NCBI GenBank assembly: GCA_946965045.2
Contig: OX337235.1
Span: forward strand, 1,054,001-1,118,000
Length of the DNA: 64,000 bases
Direction: 5' to 3'
Origin: Epithemia pelagica
Lineage: Eukaryota; Protista; Bacillariophyta
A program made the position numbers and the translations under genes. Below are positions 54,612-64,000 of the stretch, one piece after another; positions within the stretch are counted from its first letter, which is position 1, and every line of letters begins with the position of its first letter. The notes under the pieces are model-generated. The model did no database searches. It was not told the origin of the DNA and saw only the letters and a list, made by a program, of their open reading frames with translations.

Positions 54612-56372
54612 ATGGAATACATTTTGTATTGTGGGATGTTGAGAGAGGAAAGTGAAATTCTCAGTGTTTATACATTTTATTTGCTATAAACTTTTTTTTA
54701 CATACAGCTCAAAAATGGATTGAGGCCTTTCAACAAGACATCAACGACATTGCAGGCAACGACTTCCTGAAGTTCACCGCCACTATTTGGGACCCTTTGA
54801 ACGAGCACAACCCGGACTCCATCACCAACAAATCAGTATCCATTGAGAAAACGCAAGCCTTCCCCTTCTTGGATATGGAAATGTTCTGGCACAACAACGG
54901 AAAACTTGCCTACAGAGTCCATCTGAAACCGAACCAACAACTCAAATACCTCAACAGAGGTAGCGCTCACACCCCGGGATGCTTCAAAGCAATCCCAAAC
55001 GGGGTGATGAAACGCCTGACGAAACTAACCTCGGTGGATGAAAGTAACTACGACTCCAAATTGGACGAACTCTACCCCGTCCACTTCGCAGCCCTTGAAC
55101 ATTCCAAGCTTGTCAAACCAAACACAACCCCCACTCTGGGCGAACTAACCAAGAAAATGGAAGACGAAAAACTGGACACTGTTTCACAAGCTCTCAAAAA
55201 ACGACGAGAGAGAGACCGCAAACGAGCTATTTATTTCAAGATTGGGTACTCCGACTTTTGGAAAAAACCAATCCACAAGACGCTCAAAGAAATCAAAAGC
55301 CGGTTCCCGTCGTTGTCCTGGTTGAGGATTTTGATGTCCTATCACCGGTTCACCAACATCAGGGAGCATTTTCAAGGAGATCTCAACTCCAAGTTAAATG
55401 ACGGACTACGATCCTTGGATTTTGAAGATCTGGACTGTAACTGCCGGAACCGTGAAGCCTGCCCCTACGGAGGCTTCTGCAGACGTTCCATCGTGGTCTA
55501 TAAAGCCACCTGCCTCAAAACCGGCAAGCAGTACATTGGCAATACTCAACAACACGTAAAGAAAAGGATCCAACAACATGTCCAAGACGTGAAGCAACTG
55601 GTTCTCAAGAACAAGAGCTCTGATTCGTTTGCTAGCCACTTCGCCTGTTTCATTCCCAGAGAAACCGAGAAGAAGGAAATCAAGAACCACGTCCGACTCA
55701 AAGTGGACATACTTTGGCAAGGCAAACCGCTTTCCACTGTAAAAACCTTTGGGACAAAGTCCTGCAAACTCTGCGCACGAGAACGCTTGGAAATCCTCAA
55801 ATTCACGAGCAAACACCCCAACCTAGCAATCAACAAATGCAACGAAATCTACGGAGCATGCCGCCACAAACCGCGGTTTCACCGGTTCCCACCCAACAAC
55901 AACGCCCCCAGCACTGATGAGTCGACGAACGACAAAAGAGTCTTAGTCTGCCGCCCAGTGTCTACCTCGTCGTCCCAGTCAAACACCTCGTTTTTCTCGT
56001 GGACCTCCTCCCAGTCGCCTACCGCTCGACTCTCAACCTCAAATGATGACTTTGATCAAGGATTGGATGGGAGGAGCAGCAGTATCCTAGATACTGTGCC
56101 CCCCATGACCTACCAAGAACGACGGATCGCTAGGTTCGGCGTTAGCACACCAAAGGACACGCCTCCAGTGGTGGTCCATGGCGAAAACGACCTAGAGGAA
56201 CTAACCCCGACCGACCCCTTGACTACTGATGAGTTTGATACGAGCGACCAGGTGCGAATGGAGGGAGTTTAGACTACACCAGGCCGGCGCGTTAGCGAAC
56301 GAAAGTAGAATACTTCCGAAAACCTAGGTTGATAGATGGAAACTAAACTAACCTTCACACTCTTTGCTGTTT
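54612..56372 (+). mobile_element. Penelope-like element, RT-truncated, GIY-YIG endonuclease (ORF 54797-56272)
   Basis: RT thumb remnant FPFLDM, LKYLNRGSAHT and the GIY-YIG domain. Shares the leader and the 3' terminus CACACTCTTTGCTGTTT with 32704-34276. Confidence 0.88.
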
Positions 56373-56684
56373 CGGTTTTCTGAAGGATGGGAAGTATTCA
56401 TGTGATAAAAAGCAAGAATAATATGGACAAACGGAAAAACTTATTTTGGTCCTTTTGTCCTACTCGCGCCACCCCAAAATTGGGGGGTCGTGCATTCTAC
56501 GGAACTCCTTTTCGCTTTCTATTGATCTCATTATTTTTTTTGTTCACCTCTTTCCCATCACAACTCCAACAAATAATCGCGAAAGAAGAACGATCCACCT
56601 TTCACAGAACAAAGACATTTTCGGAGAAGGACACACAACTCCCATTGGCACTAACAACCCAAACAAGACACAAAAAGTAAAACC

Positions 56685-57626
56685 ATGCCTGGCAGCAAGC
56701 AGAAACTCTTTCGACGAGGCCTCTTGAGCAAGAGACGGCTAGTCAAGGACAAGGATAAGAAACAATTGGACAAACAGGAGGAACCCTCGTTGCTCAAGCT
56801 CGAAATTTGCTCGTCCACATCGAATACTTCAGTCGCGAGCCTTGATACAAATCTGACAAATGAGGAAACCACTATTGGGCCGAGTGAATTTGCTCCCTGT
56901 TCCATTTTGATTGTGCCCGGTACAAAGAATCGAGAACCAGTGCTCAAGAATGTCTCCTTTGATTTGGACCAAAACCAGTTGCACCAGGACTGCGATGAAA
57001 ATGAACGTACACCCGAGGAATGTGCACAATGCTGGTACAACGATCAAGACATTACTGCGTTCCGACGTGATGCGTCGAATGCCGCTGTACAAATATTGGG
57101 GAACAAGAAGCGACAACTGGAACGAAAACCAACACGATACGATAGTATGAGCAGTCAAGAAAGCAATGATTCAGTATCGTTTGCGGACAGAGCCACTGAC
57201 TTTAAGCAAGTCATTGCAGAGGCTTATCGACAGAGCAATGGCATTTGTACCGAAGACGGCTTTTACACTGGTGTCTGCGATGTGGACACTGGGGACCTCA
57301 GCCGTGCCTATCAGCAATTCAATATTGACGAAGATGACGATATTTGTCTTATTGGTTTGGAAGTGTATATTCTGTATGGCATTCGAGGTGAATCGTCACG
57401 TCAAGTCAGCTACATTTTGGATTCAGTTCGACAACGTCTCGCCAAGGAAGGACATGGTACACGGGGGAACAAGAATGACTATGCTGAGCAACGAGACAAA
57501 TACATGCGTCTTCTCAGTCAGTACATAAGTTTACCCTCACGAGTCTTTGTTCGAGAACTGGCCCGGGCGCAGGCCTCTGCCTTGAGTCAGAGTCTGTATC
57601 CCGAGGACGACGATGACTTGTTGTAG
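56685..57626 (+). CDS. Diatom-type orphan protein, paralog of 61867-63324
   Basis: Motifs VSF, CWYNDQDITAFR and IGLEVYILYGIRG..SRQV..IL. Confidence 0.7.
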   Translation: MPGSKQKLFRRGLLSKRRLVKDKDKKQLDKQEEPSLLKLEICSSTSNTSVASLDTNLTNEETTIGPSEFAPCSILIVPGTKNREPVLKNVSFDLDQNQLHQDCDENERTPEECAQCWYNDQDITAFRRDASNAAVQILGNKKRQLERKPTRYDSMSSQESNDSVSFADRATDFKQVIAEAYRQSNGICTEDGFYTGVCDVDTGDLSRAYQQFNIDEDDDICLIGLEVYILYGIRGESSRQVSYILDSVRQRLAKEGHGTRGNKNDYAEQRDKYMRLLSQYISLPSRVFVRELARAQASALSQSLYPEDDDDLL

Positions 57627-58226
57627 CATCAAGCAGTGTACAATAGACAGTGGAACCAAAGGGATTGTTGTAACAAGCACGAGATGAAGCGTCTGTACCA
57701 AACTGAACAAAGTATGATTATAGACATACAAATAAACTAGAATTTATGTCAAGAAAAGGATCATTTTGATTTCATGAGTAGCCCTATGCTCCGTCGTATT
57801 CAAGAAAGCAAGTTGTTGTTGTTTCGTTGCGAGAATGCGGTAAATGGGACTGCTTGTACGTTTCATCGGTAATGAGAGTCGCGTCGTTGGAGCTCTTGTG
57901 CATCTCCGAGTCGTGAAAATGAGACTTACTTCCACATTTCGGCGTCCGCTACGAGAATGATGTCGTTCCGGACGATAGGAGTAATTCCATATGATACTAC
58001 AGGCAGGGCATCTTCCTTGATATCCTGTCAGGAAAACAATCGATTGCCGTTCGGTGGAGATTCGAAGGACAAATATGAAAATGAGAACCTAGCTACAATT
58101 CTCTATTCTGTTATACAGTAGCGTCTTAGCTACAACGACGCAGTCCTACCGATTGGCTTTTCGCTGTTGGGTCTTAGGTAGACATATACTTCATAGCCGG
58201 CAGTGATGAAATTCCCCGTTGCATGT

Positions 58227-58907
58227 TCAAACAGTGGTCCCCGCTGTCTCCGAATCCGTTGCGGCGGAGGCCTTTTCGGCATTGGCCTCGTCCATAAATT
58301 TCTGTAGTTGGTGGCAACTGTAATACAATTCGGCATGCATGCTAAGAGGAAGGGATTCGAACTCCAATACCTGTGGCTTCTCCACAAAACGGATGGAGCG
58401 TCGATGGAGATTCGATAGGAACACCGCCTCGTTTTGTTGCCATTGTTTGGACCCAACTTCACAAGTCTTGGGGGGAGTTTGTGGATGTAGTCTACCGAAG
58501 GTGGTAGTTGTCGATCGAATACTGGATACATCACCCCCAAGTCCATATAAAATTTCTGTTTCGCATTCCAGACTGAAACTTGGAAAATTTCCGTGTTGCG
58601 GAAAAGATGGACTTTCATCTCCCCAGTCATTTTTGGCATCGTCGTTTTCATCATCGTCATCATCACTATCGGAATCAGATTCTTCTTCATCACTATCTGT
58701 GTCATCATTATCGGAGGAGGAGGAATCATACCAGGAAGTAAATGAGTGCTCATAAACCAATCGTGTCCTGGTGGTAGGGGAGGGAAAGAGCAAGCCATGG
58801 TCGCGAAGCACATTGACAACGGTCGTGGCTTTTGCTTTCGTCGGTTCGTCCACTGGCGACTCGGTGTCGCTTCGATCGCAATCGGTTACAGTATCTTTCG
58901 GTGTCAT
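58227..58907 (-). CDS. Acidic orphan protein
   Basis: Intact 226-aa ORF with a D/E/S tract and C-terminal RSIRF...LYYS...LQKFMDE motif. Confidence 0.6.
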   Translation of the reverse strand: MTPKDTVTDCDRSDTESPVDEPTKAKATTVVNVLRDHGLLFPSPTTRTRLVYEHSFTSWYDSSSSDNDDTDSDEEESDSDSDDDDDENDDAKNDWGDESPSFPQHGNFPSFSLECETEILYGLGGDVSSIRSTTTTFGRLHPQTPPKTCEVGSKQWQQNEAVFLSNLHRRSIRFVEKPQVLEFESLPLSMHAELYYSCHQLQKFMDEANAEKASAATDSETAGTTV

Positions 58908-59981
58908 GGTGGTTGTTATTATTATAAGAGTGTGTTTGTTGAATGGTCAGCATGAGAGTTTTCGTTGGAAACAATGTTGCAGCGCGTTTGTGCTGTTGCG
59001 GGTTTTTGTGTGGGTGCGGTTCAAGGCGAACAAGAGGCGTGTGTGCGTGTCTCGGGTGAGTTTTTCCGTTCTCTCTCATTCGTCGATTGTCCTTGACCGC
59101 GCGAGAAAAGGCGATCGCAACGCGACCAGCGGAATTTTGGGGTGAATAGAGAAGCCGGCGACACGAATGCGAGTCGCGTTTGGTCCGTTGAACGCAAAAT
59201 GAAGCGTGTGGAATCTCATCATAAACAACGAAGATTCACCACTCAGCATTCGTGGACGATAGGATGTACGGATGGCTCCCTTTCAGACATAACCGACAGC
59301 TGCGGACACGACAAGAAGCGACAGCGCGCACCCTAAAAGAAACCGACAGGGACAGGGTAGGTGTAGGTAGTAGGTAGTCCATTCCAACCGGAGGCTTTGT
59401 TCAACGTGTTGCTCTAAAGAGAGCGAGGACTACCTAGTTGGAACTCAAATGGCATCGACCACAATAAGAACCAAACTAAGTGAAGTCTCTCTAGAGTAGA
59501 GAGACGAGATCAGCTGGAAGATGAAGCGTGATTATTCTCTAGAGAGAAATTGTTTGATGGATGTGCTGAAGGACTTTACTTCAAGACCAAACACCAAATC
59601 ATAGACCTTGCTCATCTGGGCCAGGGTGGAGTTAAAGCGAGTTTACAACGATCCACTCCATCTTGGACTTGGAAGGGACTTCGAACTCCCTCTAGGCAGG
59701 TAGGAGTACCTACCCGACTCGTAGGTGCTCCGGAAAAGGTAGGCGTGGTAGACTAAGACCAAGAACTTGGTAGAAACACTTCAGCGGCTGGGATTACGCC
59801 AACTCAAAAAAACCTCTATTCGCGCGTTGGTTCGAACCGCTACGAAAGTCGAGGGGACTTCTTCCCACCATAGCAACGCTCCAACTCCAACTCGACCATT
59901 GAAACCACTCGGCAAGCACCTGTTTAATAAGATATAGAGATAGACAAAGCCCTTTTCGATTGGTTCGTGATACAAGCAATT

Positions 59982-61361
59982 ATGGCAGCTGAAGAAGTGG
60001 CAGTTCTTCCCTATGGTCGTCGTGGTGCAACTGGAGATGCAGGAGAGTATGGCGAAGACGAGGATAATGACGATACACATATTAGCAGTGATGTCCCGGT
60101 TCCGTCGTCTCGACCCTTTGGTCGAAAAGTACTAATGGGAGGAGGAGGAGGAGCATCGGCCTCTTCGGTGGATGCTGGTGATAACGATGGTATTGGAATT
60201 CGGCGCAGCAGCAGTGCCGACAGTGAGGATAGCCACAGCAACAACAATGATGCACCCATGGATCGACGAGCCTGGCACAAGCGTTTGTCAGTCAAGCAAC
60301 GAGCTTCGATTCGAGCTTCTTTGCGACAGTCGGTTCGCGGATTGAATGTTCCACATGGAATTTCTCGGAGAAACACTGAAGAATCGAAGGAAGCCATTTC
60401 CTTGTTGGAAGAGGAAGACGCGCCATCACCCAAGCGGCCCTCCACCACAGCTGCTGCTGCTGCCGCCGCAAGTACGGCAACGCCTACGAGACCCTCTTTA
60501 TCGGCACCAGGTCAACTGGTTCGACAACAATCGTGGTTTATGGATTTGGTGAATCAGGGCATGTCCTCACAAGATTTGGCCGAATTTTTTGGGGATCAAG
60601 CACTTGCCAGTCCTTCCGAAGGAGAGGGTGGTGGAGGTGGTGCAGTCGCCAATGGCAGCTTTCCTGCTGGTGGGGCTTCTGCGGGCCGAAGTGGACTTGT
60701 CAATGGTGGTTCCGACAGTAACGATGTCATGTTGTTGGAACAAACGGCCATTTTGGCCCATTCTGAAGCGAGACAAAGGTTAGTGGAGCGATTGGGATAC
60801 GATCCATGGGAACAAAAAGCCAAGGATAGTGTCAATGGTCCCATGAATCCGCCATCAGTAGAACAAGGTCCTTCTGAGCAACAACCATCACAAGGCCCAC
60901 AGCAAGCAGAAAGGGACGCCGAACAATCACTCCATGTGCTGCATCCACCCATGACAATCTACAATTCCACAGCATGGTCGACGATGGAAGAACGGAGAAT
61001 AGCTGTGCAAAACCGATTGCGGGTCTTGGCCCCCTTGCCGTCAACACCAAAAGATTTGTTTTCATGGTCGGCACCCAAGGAATGGATGCAACAAAAACAT
61101 GTCGTAGGGCATCGTTCGTCTGCATCATCCCTTTCCGAAACACCACATGCACCCGATCCTGTTTCGGCCGCCTTGCTGCTCGAAGGTGGCGATTTGTACG
61201 TGGGACAGGCGGTTCAAACGACACGCAACAAACCACCGGCGGGATATATCATTGTACGGTGTTTGGGATGTCAGCAGTTACTCTCCGTGAGTTTCCTTGC
61301 CACGTTGGTACGGTGTTGTCGTTGCAACACTGTCAGTCCGGCCTCCTCGTCGCGGAAATAA
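59982..61361 (+). CDS. Low-complexity protein with a C-terminal LSD1-like zinc ribbon
   Basis: C-terminal VRCLGCQQLL......LVRCCRCNTVS. Confidence 0.65.
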   Translation: MAAEEVAVLPYGRRGATGDAGEYGEDEDNDDTHISSDVPVPSSRPFGRKVLMGGGGGASASSVDAGDNDGIGIRRSSSADSEDSHSNNNDAPMDRRAWHKRLSVKQRASIRASLRQSVRGLNVPHGISRRNTEESKEAISLLEEEDAPSPKRPSTTAAAAAAASTATPTRPSLSAPGQLVRQQSWFMDLVNQGMSSQDLAEFFGDQALASPSEGEGGGGGAVANGSFPAGGASAGRSGLVNGGSDSNDVMLLEQTAILAHSEARQRLVERLGYDPWEQKAKDSVNGPMNPPSVEQGPSEQQPSQGPQQAERDAEQSLHVLHPPMTIYNSTAWSTMEERRIAVQNRLRVLAPLPSTPKDLFSWSAPKEWMQQKHVVGHRSSASSLSETPHAPDPVSAALLLEGGDLYVGQAVQTTRNKPPAGYIIVRCLGCQQLLSVSFLATLVRCCRCNTVSPASSSRK

Positions 61362-61866
61362 AACAAATCTCTGCGAAACTGCCTTCTTGTGGCATTTCAT
61401 TTTTGGCTTTTTCTCGACTTGCTAGAACTCACGAGGCACGACCAAATAATTAATAATAGACCAAAACACAATACGCAATAGACCACCACATGATTTGATG
61501 CCGATTTGACATTGAGTCCCTACAATACCCAAAACGTCCATACACAAAAATAAGACAAGAAAAACAGTTTGTCAAATATTAAGAATAGTCTGCAGAGTAT
61601 GAATTTTCCCGGTTGAGGTGCTGTGATGCAAGACGCCTCTGGTTCAATCAATAGGATTGGAATTCCTCTTGACTCAGATGCCCACAAGCCGAAAACGCAT
61701 CATTGAATGATGAAGAGCTGGAGATCATGGTATGCCTTGTGTGACTGCCTGTTACCATACGGAGGTTTGTCCAATGGGAGGATTGAGCAGGGACGATTAA
61801 GAAGCGTAAGAACACATGGGTACAACCTTTCCATGAATCTGCATCGTGTGGTCACACATGGCTACT

Positions 61867-63324
61867 CTAAAACGAGCACCCCTGAAGTGCAGAAGACTGT
61901 GCCATGGCCATTTCGTGTACAAAATATTTGGCCGGCAAGGTAAATCGTAAGCAGTGTCTCCGAAGTTCTTCATCGTTGGACTTTCTGGTGCTACTCCTGT
62001 CCTCTCCCTCTCTTTTGAGTTCCTGCGTCGCATCGGCGTTTCTCCCAGCACGGGCAACTTTTAAAATATTGCGCACTTGCGAGGAGACCGTCCCACGCAA
62101 GGCAAACAAAATGTATACTTCCAATCCAACCAACTCTTCGTGTTCTTGGTAGAGTTTTTGAAATAGTTCACGGTCAACCTTGCCAACCATTTGACCTCGT
62201 CTAACCTTACGACATTCTTGGTAGATGATATCCATGGATTCACGCCAATCTGTTTCTTCCTCCTCTTGTCTGATAAGATGCGACTTTTTGGATGGTTGCC
62301 GATGAGGGAATTTGGGTTTTATGCCACTGGTAGAACTGCGCTTGGAGGATAACAAACTCCCCAGTTTGCCAGATTTGCAAGACAACCATGATCGCCGAGA
62401 CGACAACGACGAGGAAGAGGAAGATTCTGACGATGCTTGATTGCCCTTGTCTGTATTGGTCGAATCCGCAGTAGGTTTACCAAACAAACGCTTCACAATA
62501 TCCGCTTGATTCACTTTAAATGATTTAAGGTCTTGCGGCGAAAACCAACATTGCTCCCATTCTTGTGCTGTCATGGTCCGTCCACTGGCGTGAAACTCAG
62601 TCTTTTGAGTATCAAAACGGATCCTCCGTCTAGAAGAGGACGAGGGAGTGACATCGGAGCGTTGTCGAAGAATGCTCCCATGACGAGAGTTGGCCAAAGA
62701 TGAACAGGTAGAAGATGAACGGGTGGGAGCACACAGCAACACGCTCTGCACTTCCACCGAATGCGACTCAATGATGGTGGCTACCAAAAACGGGGACGGT
62801 TCCCGAGACAGAAGAGACAATGGTTCTTCGTTTTCTTCACTCAAACTACTCGTACTACTCGTAGATGATGTTGACAACGATCGCTCTCGTTGACTTGCAA
62901 TGTGCTGTTGAATGTCACTTTTTGGTATGGTTTCGCCACATACGTTGTTGTTTGAGGAAAGGTGTCGTTTGATGGAGACTTGTTGCTTTGCCCGTTGATT
63001 CATTTTCGAAGAATTACGCTCGCCTGATTGAAGGAGCGCTCTCAGGTGACCATGGCCCATGTTTGCTTGATCGTTTTCTGGAGTTGTCATGCTGCTCTTC
63101 ACAACTCGCCGAATTGGTTTCGCCGGCAAAAGATCTATAAAAATGTCAATGAGTTTGTGGCGAGGAAAGCGCAAGGTGGAATGTTGGAAGTCGACAACAA
63201 AATGTGGACGGTCGACCCTTTTGTAAGTTTTTCCTTTGTTACGTCCTCGCAATGAACGGAGACAACGTGTACTTCCCACAAATGTGAGCGGTCTTGGCAA
63301 AGGTGGGCAACTCCGCGTTGGCAA
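61867..63324 (-). CDS. Ser-rich orphan protein, paralog of 56685-57626 (true start probably a downstream ATG)
   Basis: Motifs IRF, CWFSPQDLKSFK and VGLEVYILFALRG..SSQV..IL. Confidence 0.7.
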   Translation of the reverse strand: MPTRSCPPLPRPLTFVGSTRCLRSLRGRNKGKTYKRVDRPHFVVDFQHSTLRFPRHKLIDIFIDLLPAKPIRRVVKSSMTTPENDQANMGHGHLRALLQSGERNSSKMNQRAKQQVSIKRHLSSNNNVCGETIPKSDIQQHIASQRERSLSTSSTSSTSSLSEENEEPLSLLSREPSPFLVATIIESHSVEVQSVLLCAPTRSSSTCSSLANSRHGSILRQRSDVTPSSSSRRRIRFDTQKTEFHASGRTMTAQEWEQCWFSPQDLKSFKVNQADIVKRLFGKPTADSTNTDKGNQASSESSSSSSLSSRRSWLSCKSGKLGSLLSSKRSSTSGIKPKFPHRQPSKKSHLIRQEEEETDWRESMDIIYQECRKVRRGQMVGKVDRELFQKLYQEHEELVGLEVYILFALRGTVSSQVRNILKVARAGRNADATQELKREGEDRSSTRKSNDEELRRHCLRFTLPAKYFVHEMAMAQSSALQGCSF

Positions 63325-64000
63325 TTAAATTTGTGGAAGTTTTTCAGTTCAGTGGCCCGAAATAACGCGGGGCCAGCATTTTTTCGATCTGTGATTTACA
63401 TAATTACACCATTTGCGCGCGCATTTGTCAAATATTGGGAAGTGGAACTCCATCCAGTCGAAAAACCATATGTTTCCCCCAAATTACACGTGTGGGCGTG
63501 ACATGCTCTTCGAATTAAATCTTTCCATCTCTAATTAAAGTTGTAGATACGTTTGGATCCACATGTAAAACTCAGTTTTGTCTAACAAAATCAATCAGAA
63601 GCCTAACGGTTACGCCAAAGCAATAACTGTAAGCCCATCGGATGATCTTCAAATGGTTGGAGGGATATTTAATGGAATGAAGAAGGGGGAGCCGACCAGA
63701 AACAAAAACAAAATGTGAGAAGGTTCCGACTCCACATCATTTACTTTCTCACCGGGTAAAACGGATCTCATCCATCAATCAGCAATCAGGTGATGTCCGT
63801 CGTTGATATCCTGTGATGCGGACTTGACACTTTCTGAATTTTGTTTGAAATCCGAAGTCTTTCTTCTCCTCTTTAAGGGTTGGAGTCGCGCCGTCCACAA
63901 TCCTCGGCTATCGGAGGCATGTGTTTGAAGAAGTTTGAAGTACAAATCGAGTTTGGTCTCTAAAGATAACCAACTCAAATCGAGGTGATTCGTTATCTGG

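Noticed and set aside
1-64000. tRNA, rRNA or CRISPR arrays
   Set aside because: No cloverleaf with A/B boxes, rRNA signature or repeat-spacer array was found by eye.

Overview
Eukaryotic window, most likely a pennate diatom (short GT-AG introns with GTACG/GTAAGT donors and CTAAC branch sites; diatom-type orphan families). About 40% is mobile DNA. (1) 5999-21418: head-to-tail array of four TIR-less DDE transposons (about 4.2 kb unit; motifs fit the Dada/DUF6729 type), joined by exact 6-bp spacers. The 3' non-coding region of the unit contains a segment complementary (17/19) to the DNA just right of the array, hinting at sequence-guided target choice. (2) 25272-31485: 6.2-kb element with 18-bp TIRs, carrying a spliced RAG1/Transib-like transposase tail-to-tail with an unknown 533-aa partner. 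(3) Two diverged Penelope-like GIY-YIG elements with the same compact layout, one with an intact hammerhead ribozyme core. Host genes: myotubularin, GNAT, M14 carboxypeptidase inside a template-switch-like inverted duplication, Sel1-RING, DCAF7, CSN1, GMC oxidoreductase, a glycosyltransferase-like protein, an OsmC-pirin fusion, a WW-cyclin Y fusion, an LRR-like protein, SNRNP27 and several orphans. No rRNA, tRNA or CRISPR seen. Family calls come from motif recognition only; no database search was run.
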